DNA of 64,000 bases from Escherichia phage IrisVonRoten. The notes beneath the pieces are model-generated. The model was not told the origin of the DNA, searched no databases, and saw nothing but the letters and a program-made list of their open reading frames with translations. Both the position numbers and the translations under genes were made by a program. The first letter of the stretch is position 1; the number at the start of each line of letters is the position of its first letter. The stretch lies in the sequence record MZ501075; one strand, written 5' to 3'. This document shows, one piece after another, positions 59,064 through 64,000 of this stretch.

Positions 59064-59593
59064 TTACAGCAATGTATGCAGTTGGGCCGAATGGGGAGTT
59101 CGGCCTCCGAGGTAAGCTTCCCTGGGGTTCTTTTAAAGAAGAACTAGATGCTTTTTATTCACAATTAGATGTACTAAATCCTGATAATATTATTATTGGG
59201 GCGGGTACTTATTTAGCTCTTCCATATGCCGTTAGGGAACGTATGATTGGAGCTTCTGACCTATTTATTCGTGCTGATCGTCCATTGCCAGACGATATTA
59301 CACATGATATTTACACTCCCATATCAATGATAGGTGATACACTACCTACTTTTCTAAAAGATCAGCAAACAGTAGTTCTAGGTGGAGCTAATCTTCTTCT
59401 AGAAATGTACCAACATGGACATATTGAAAGTGCTTTTGTATCTACAATTTTTAGCGAGCAGAAGCTAGAGGCAGATACACACCTAGATAGTATGATACTG
59501 GATTATAACTATGAATCCACTCGATTAGTCTATGCAGTTGGCGCAAACAGTGATAACAGCCTGCGATTTGTACAGGAATTGGTTACTTATTAA
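59060..59593 (+). CDS. dihydrofolate reductase
   Basis: 177 aa; N-terminal MITAMYAVGPNGEFGLRGKLPW typical of DHFR; ATGA coupling with nrdB. Confidence 0.8.
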   Translation: MITAMYAVGPNGEFGLRGKLPWGSFKEELDAFYSQLDVLNPDNIIIGAGTYLALPYAVRERMIGASDLFIRADRPLPDDITHDIYTPISMIGDTLPTFLKDQQTVVLGGANLLLEMYQHGHIESAFVSTIFSEQKLEADTHLDSMILDYNYESTRLVYAVGANSDNSLRFVQELVTY

Positions 59594-60432
59594 TGCAACA
59601 ATACTTAAAAATTTTGACAGATGTAATTTTACTAGGTGAACCCCGTAATGACCGTACAGGAACAGGCACAGTTTCAATTTTTGATTCCTATGCTAAGTTT
59701 GACCTACGTGAAGGGTTCCCGGCTGTAACTACTAAACGCCTGGCCTGGAAATCAGTAGTAGGAGAACTTTTATGGTTCTTGTCTGGCTCCACAAATCTTC
59801 ATGATCTACGTGTATTCACATTTGGGCGTGACGAAGGACAGTGGACCATCTGGACTCCAAATTATGAAGACCAAGCTATAAGTATGGGGTATGATAAGGG
59901 TAATCTAGGACCAGTATATGGTAAACAGTGGCGTAACTTTGGTGGGCGAGATCAGATTCTAGAACTTATTGAAGGACTCAAGAATAATCCTCATGGCCGC
60001 AGACATCTAGTTTCTGCGTGGAACGTAGCTGAACTTGATAAAATGGCATTACCACCTTGTCACTACGGCTTCCAGTGTTATGTAAGTAACGATGGATACC
60101 TAGATCTTAAATGGACACAACGCTCTGTGGATTGTTTCCTCGGTTTACCTTTCAATATTGCTAGTTATGCTTTATTAACGCATATATTAGCAAAACTGAC
60201 AGGATTAAAACCTCGTTATCTTATCTTTAGTGGCGGTGATACTCATATCTATAATGACCACATGGAACAGGTAGAAGAACAGGTAAAACGCAAGCCACGC
60301 CCTCTACCAACTCTAGTAATGCCAGAGTTTGTAGATCTTTACGATTTATTAGAAAACAATACAGCAGCTTGGTCATTCCATTTAGAGGGGTACGATCCTC
60401 ATCCAGCTCTTAAAGCTAAAATGTCCTCTTAA
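59593..60432 (+). CDS. thymidylate synthase
   Basis: 279 aa; ThyA-like motifs (PPCH at the catalytic Cys, DRTGTG); TAATG coupling with DHFR. Confidence 0.85.
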   Translation: MQQYLKILTDVILLGEPRNDRTGTGTVSIFDSYAKFDLREGFPAVTTKRLAWKSVVGELLWFLSGSTNLHDLRVFTFGRDEGQWTIWTPNYEDQAISMGYDKGNLGPVYGKQWRNFGGRDQILELIEGLKNNPHGRRHLVSAWNVAELDKMALPPCHYGFQCYVSNDGYLDLKWTQRSVDCFLGLPFNIASYALLTHILAKLTGLKPRYLIFSGGDTHIYNDHMEQVEEQVKRKPRPLPTLVMPEFVDLYDLLENNTAAWSFHLEGYDPHPALKAKMSS

Positions 60433-60437
60433 CTTAA

Positions 60438-60462
60438 ATAGCCCTTCGGGGCTATTATATTT
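60438..60462 (+). terminator. rho-independent terminator after thymidylate synthase
   Basis: ATAGCCC-TTCG-GGGCTAT followed by TATATTT. Confidence 0.5.
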
Positions 60463-60471
60463 AAATTTCAT

Positions 60472-60500
60472 TTGCTTATTTAGTGAAATTTAAATATAAT
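60472..60500 (+). promoter_or_regulatory. T5 early-type promoter
   Basis: TTGCTT-N17-TATAAT, RBS TTGGAGG. Confidence 0.55.
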
Positions 60501-60525
60501 ATATTTTATAAATTGGAGGTATACA

Positions 60526-60807
60526 ATGATTTCAGCCAAAGAAGCCCAAGAACTTGCAGGATTAACAGAAGTACCTGCATTTCTAAAGTTTATAGAAGAA
60601 AAGATTGTAGAAGCTGCTAAGTCTGGAAATACAGAAGTAATTATTCGAGATAATCCTTACGCTAGGTGGCTATATAATCCTAGAGAAATGCCAGGAGCCG
60701 CTAAATCGGTACTAAAAACCTTATCGGATAAGGGGTATCATCTCTCACAATACTACCGAGAAGCCACCTTTGTAGACATGGGTCTTAAAATTAGTTGGGA
60801 GGTATAA
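60526..60807 (+). CDS. hypothetical protein
   Basis: 93-aa ORF. Confidence 0.3.
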   Translation: MISAKEAQELAGLTEVPAFLKFIEEKIVEAAKSGNTEVIIRDNPYARWLYNPREMPGAAKSVLKTLSDKGYHLSQYYREATFVDMGLKISWEV

Positions 60808-61283
60808 TGTCGGTTTTCCACATTTATACAGATGGTGCTTGTAAGTCTAACCCAGGTCCAGGCGCTTGGGGTTTTATTGTCTATGATGATAACGACGATC
60901 GTTTAGGTTCTAAATCTGGTTATAACCCTAAAACTACAAATAATGAGATGGAACTCACAGCTATCGTAGAAGCCCTACGTTGGTCTGTTAAAAAAGATAA
61001 TAGACCAATTGCTATCTATACTGACTCTGCTTATTGCAAAAATGGCATGGAAAGTTGGATGTTTTCTTGGCAAAGGAAAGGCTGGAAGAAAGCAGATGGT
61101 GAAGTTCCTCTTAATCTAGAACTTTGGCAGGAAGCATTTAAATTAACACAGCAGTATATCAACTTTCATAATACTAACCCTACTTTTATTAAGGTTAAAG
61201 GACATTCTGGTATTAGTGGTAATGAAGCTGTAGACGCCTTATGTAACACAGTTATTACTGAAGCTGAAATGGCTGAGATGTGA
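60807..61283 (+). CDS. rnh: ribonuclease H
   Basis: RNase HI motifs YTDGAC..GPGAWGF, NNEMEL, YTDSAYC, GHSGISGNEAVD; ATG 60807 (TAATG coupling; track ORF begins at TTG 60795). Confidence 0.8.
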   Translation: MSVFHIYTDGACKSNPGPGAWGFIVYDDNDDRLGSKSGYNPKTTNNEMELTAIVEALRWSVKKDNRPIAIYTDSAYCKNGMESWMFSWQRKGWKKADGEVPLNLELWQEAFKLTQQYINFHNTNPTFIKVKGHSGISGNEAVDALCNTVITEAEMAEM

Positions 61284-61301
61284 TAAATAAGTTAAAAATC
61301 T

Positions 61302-61330
61302 TCTTGCTTAAAGCCCTCTAATTTAGTATA
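61302..61330 (+). promoter_or_regulatory. T5 early-type promoter flanked by an inverted repeat
   Basis: TTGCTT-N17-TATAAT; AAAGCCCTC (61308-61316) and GAGGGCTTT (61349-61357) form an inverted repeat around the -10 and RBS. Confidence 0.5.
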
Positions 61331-61359
61331 ATATTCGTATTGAAAGTGAGGAGGGCTTT

Positions 61360-61644
61360 ATGCGAATTTATAACTCAAATTCATTAGGATTTAAACCGTT
61401 GAGAAAACGTGCACAATCACCTCGTCAAATAAGAAAGGCTAATATTGGTGAGCCAGAAACACGTCTTCCACCTCCTCCAGAACAACGTTTAGTTTATCTG
61501 GATGAAGAATTAGCTGAACGCGAAGGAAAAGCTCAAGAAGAGATTGAGCGTAAGAAAATGTGTACTGCTCCAGCCTACTCCAAAGGGGCTTATCAGTATA
61601 TCTATACAGCCGAAGAGGCTAAAGATGCGGGGCGTAAAAAATGA
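61360..61644 (+). CDS. hypothetical protein (basic, Pro-rich centre)
   Basis: 94-aa ORF with RBS GAGGAGGG. Confidence 0.3.
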   Translation: MRIYNSNSLGFKPLRKRAQSPRQIRKANIGEPETRLPPPPEQRLVYLDEELAEREGKAQEEIERKKMCTAPAYSKGAYQYIYTAEEAKDAGRKK

Positions 61645-62090
61645 AGATTACTGAATTTAAAGGTGCTTATAGTTTCTTATCTAACTTTTATTTATCACCA
61701 ATTACTTTCGAATATCTAAATGAAATATGGCATGCTGATACTGTAGAACATGCTTTTCAGGCTATGAAATCCGACCAAAAAGATGATGTAGCTCATGTAC
61801 TACGCTCCCTAAATGCAGGAGTTGCTAAACGTAGAGGACGTAAATTAACTCTACGCTCTGACTGGGATAAGGTAAAAGATGATGTAATGCTAGAGCTTTT
61901 ACGGTTAAAGTTTGCAATCCCTGATTTGAGAGATAAACTGTTAGCAACAGAAAATGCAACTTTGATTGAAGGAAATACCTGGGGAGATACATATTGGGGT
62001 GTTTGCCGAGGCATCGGGGATAATACTTTAGGAGTTCTTTTGATGCAGGTAAGGTCTGAAATTAAAAGAAGCTTACAGTTAATAAATTAA
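61641..62090 (+). CDS. NADAR/YbiA-family protein (DUF1768-like)
   Basis: 149 aa; FLSNFY, EHAFQAMK, LLATENATLIEGNTWGDTYWG, NTLGVLLMQVR align with YbiA-type motifs. Confidence 0.6.
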   Translation: MKITEFKGAYSFLSNFYLSPITFEYLNEIWHADTVEHAFQAMKSDQKDDVAHVLRSLNAGVAKRRGRKLTLRSDWDKVKDDVMLELLRLKFAIPDLRDKLLATENATLIEGNTWGDTYWGVCRGIGDNTLGVLLMQVRSEIKRSLQLIN

Positions 62091-62098
62091 AAATTCAT

Positions 62099-62127
62099 TT
62101 GCTAAACGCTTCAAATTCTCGTATAAT
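62099..62127 (+). promoter_or_regulatory. T5 early-type promoter
   Basis: TTGCTA-N17-TATAAT followed by leader ATAAATTGATAAACAA and RBS AAGGAAA. Confidence 0.55.
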
Positions 62128-62165
62128 ATACTTCATAAATTGATAAACAAAAAGGAAAACAAATA

Positions 62166-62681
62166 ATGGCTAAGCAGAAAAACGCAAAAACTCAAGCAGC
62201 TACTACAGTTAAAACTTTCCCGCAGACTGAGGCTAACCGCAAAGCTCGTCTGGAACGCCATCTGCGCAAGCACCCTACTGATGCTCAAGCTGCACAGGCA
62301 CTGAATCGTCCGGCTCCGATTCGTCAAAAGCCGAAGGCTAAGAATGCTACTCGTTCTGTAGCCCGCCTTGTGACCTATGTACAGGGTTATGGCCACAAAT
62401 CTGTTCCAGTAACACTGAGTTTCAATGCTGGAGCTGAATTGTTCTCTCGTAATGGCATGGCCATGAAAGATTATGAGAAAGCAGTTAACCAGAAGCGTAA
62501 ACCAACGGCAGATGTACTGCGTGATACTCGCGGACAGTTCGGTTCTGTTAAACCAAATATCTTTGGTGTAGAATATAGCAAAGATAACGTTCGTGCTCTG
62601 TGTTATGGTGTGGGGATTAAATTCACAGGCGATTCTGCTCGTAAATCTGCTAAACCAGCTCGCAAGCGTAAAGCGAAGTAA
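62166..62681 (+). CDS. highly basic hypothetical protein, likely highly expressed
   Basis: 171 aa; Lys/Arg-rich N- and C-termini; strongly optimal codon usage (CGT, CTG, GCT); bracketed by GGGGCGAAAGCCCC-type hairpins. Confidence 0.4.
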   Translation: MAKQKNAKTQAATTVKTFPQTEANRKARLERHLRKHPTDAQAAQALNRPAPIRQKPKAKNATRSVARLVTYVQGYGHKSVPVTLSFNAGAELFSRNGMAMKDYEKAVNQKRKPTADVLRDTRGQFGSVKPNIFGVEYSKDNVRALCYGVGIKFTGDSARKSAKPARKRKAK

Positions 62682-62740
62682 TAGATAGGGGCGAAAGCCC
62701 CTACAGTCAACTAATTCTCTAACCAATCCAGGATATTTTT

Positions 62741-62956
62741 ATGTTCTCTAAGAAACCACGTTCCGTTACTGAAATCGTTGCTTCCTTTACTACTATTACT
62801 GATGAACTTCAAGCTCGTATTGAGGCTGATCAGAAAATTGCTGCTGATATTCAGAAACAGCAGGAAGAACTCGCTCTGAAGTTGGCTGAAACCAACAAGA
62901 GCGAAAAATCTGCCCAAACTATTATGGAAAATATCCTTAAACTGCTTGGCAAGTAA
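62741..62956 (+). CDS. small coiled-coil protein
   Basis: 71-aa ORF, helical heptad-like composition; followed by hairpin. Confidence 0.3.
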   Translation: MFSKKPRSVTEIVASFTTITDELQARIEADQKIAADIQKQQEELALKLAETNKSEKSAQTIMENILKLLGK

Positions 62957-62964
62957 TTTAAATC

Positions 62965-62990
62965 AGGGGGCGAAAGCCCCTCTTATTTGG
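62965..62990 (+). terminator. putative terminator hairpin
   Basis: GGGGC-GAAA-GCCCC followed by TCTTATTT; near-identical stem also at 62686-62703. Confidence 0.45.
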
Positions 62991-62997
62991 AGAAATT

Positions 62998-63234
62998 ATG
63001 CGTAATTTTGTAGCAAAGAATGATTTTAACCGTGCTAGCACTCATAAGTCCGCTAGAGATTATACACGACTTTCTAGTCATGAGGTAATGGATACCTGTT
63101 ATGAAGAGCTGGAAGGTAGTTGGAATGAATGGCCTGACTTCTCTATGGAAGAGAACTGGGATGTCAGTGAGGATATGCTTCCTGGTTTCAAAGACCCCAA
63201 GAAGTGGGAGTCTATTAAAGAGACAGCTCTTTAA
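62998..63234 (+). CDS. small acidic hypothetical protein
   Basis: 78-aa ORF rich in E/D/W. Confidence 0.3.
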   Translation: MRNFVAKNDFNRASTHKSARDYTRLSSHEVMDTCYEELEGSWNEWPDFSMEENWDVSEDMLPGFKDPKKWESIKETAL

Positions 63235-63262
63235 TAGTTTTCTACACAATAAAGGATAAGTT

Positions 63263-63964
63263 ATGAAAGTAAAACCATTTGGTATGCTAGATATTGAATC
63301 TCTAGGAACTCCAGGAGATTGTGGTACTACTCATATCGCAATGCCTTCTTTCGCTTTTGTGGCTATGCACGGAATTGATAAAGACCCTGATCTAGTGTTT
63401 GTTACTTTGGATGTACAAGATCAGCTTAACTCTGGAGCTAAAGTTACGGCATCTACTCTAGCATTCTGGATGGATCAAGCTAAGAATAGCCCATCAGCTC
63501 TACATATTATGGAAGCTATGAAGGAATGCAATCCAAAGCTGATTGCTTTTCAAGATGGTAAACATCACTGTACTAATAAGCTAGGCTCTAACTATGCAGC
63601 TTATTCTATGGCTAAAAACATTATGGAGTTGGCTCTAGGTGAGAATGCTTTGTATTATGGCAATGGCCCAGAGTTTGATATGACTATCTACTCTGCAAAC
63701 ACTTTCCATGCTGGAACCAATGAAGAAATAGTTCCGTGGAAATTCTGGAACTTAGGCAATGTTCGATCTCTCCGCAATCTCTGGATGCAGGCTGGTTATA
63801 GTTACAAAGACCTAGAAGCAGAGGGAATTAGCTGGGCAAAAGCTAAGATGGAGAAGATGGACACTATTCGTTATGGGATCTATCCGGTTAAGCATGATCC
63901 AGCATTCGATGCCTTAGTTGAGAGCTATTGTGTTGCAGCTATGGTCGAAAAAATCAAAATTTGA
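63263..63964 (+). CDS. putative DEDDh-type 3'-5' exonuclease (DnaQ-like fold)
   Basis: 233 aa; N-terminal FGMLDIESLG (D-x-E) and C-terminal HDPAFDALVESY (H-x4-D) resemble Exo I and Exo III motifs. Confidence 0.4.
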   Translation: MKVKPFGMLDIESLGTPGDCGTTHIAMPSFAFVAMHGIDKDPDLVFVTLDVQDQLNSGAKVTASTLAFWMDQAKNSPSALHIMEAMKECNPKLIAFQDGKHHCTNKLGSNYAAYSMAKNIMELALGENALYYGNGPEFDMTIYSANTFHAGTNEEIVPWKFWNLGNVRSLRNLWMQAGYSYKDLEAEGISWAKAKMEKMDTIRYGIYPVKHDPAFDALVESYCVAAMVEKIKI

Positions 63965-63965
63965 T

Positions 63966-63994
63966 TTGCTTCCAGCTTCAAAATTCTGTATAAT
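63966..63994 (+). promoter_or_regulatory. T5 early-type promoter at window end
   Basis: TTGCTT-N17-TATAAT. Confidence 0.5.
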
Positions 63995-64000
63995 ATACTC

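Noticed and set aside
62686-62703. Hairpin TAGGGGC-GAAA-GCCCCTA as an intrinsic terminator
   Set aside because: Strong stem, but no U-rich tract follows on either strand. Kept as a possible RNA-processing or stability element rather than a terminator.
62133-62726. 197-aa minus-strand ORF opposite the basic protein gene
   Set aside because: The plus-strand ORF has a promoter, RBS and optimal codons; the antisense frame has none of these.
1-64000. CRISPR arrays, integrase/attachment sites, rRNA
   Set aside because: No regularly spaced direct repeats with unique spacers, no tyrosine or serine recombinase motifs, no rRNA-like conserved stretches. The genome organisation is that of a virulent T5-like phage.

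Overview
The window reads as a contiguous segment of a T5-like siphophage genome (Tequintavirus type), called from synteny, protein sizes and motifs recalled from phage T5; no database search was run. Three modules are visible. (1) 1-26.75 kb, + strand: late structural genes (terminase, portal, decoration protein, prohead protease, major capsid, connector proteins, tail tube, 1219-aa tape measure, Dit, baseplate hub, pb4-like, collar protein, and a two-gene L-shaped fibre locus), interrupted by homing-endonuclease cassettes. (2) 26.8-54.0 kb, - strand: replication and recombination genes (dUTPase, flap endonuclease, Hjc-like resolvase, SbcCD-like pair, two helicases, family A DNA polymerase, primase, split NAD-dependent ligase, PC4-like protein, HNH-AP2 endonuclease, a large AEP/ATPase protein, HAD hydrolase, Sir2-like protein, NrdD). 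(3) 54.4-64 kb, + strand: early nucleotide-metabolism genes (PhoH, NrdA, NrdB, DHFR, thymidylate synthase, RNase H, NADAR/YbiA-like protein, DEDDh-like exonuclease). Early-type promoters of the form TTGCTW-N17-TATAAT recur, one matching the T5 PN25 promoter as I recall it. No tRNA, rRNA or CRISPR was found. The candidates most worth follow-up are the zinc-less Sir2-like gene with adjacent HAD hydrolase and tandem paralogs, the NADAR gene, a ~600-bp ORF-free transcribed region at 48.35-48.96 kb, and the split fibre locus. Function calls rest on motifs read by eye and on memory of T5, so they are hypotheses until checked by search.
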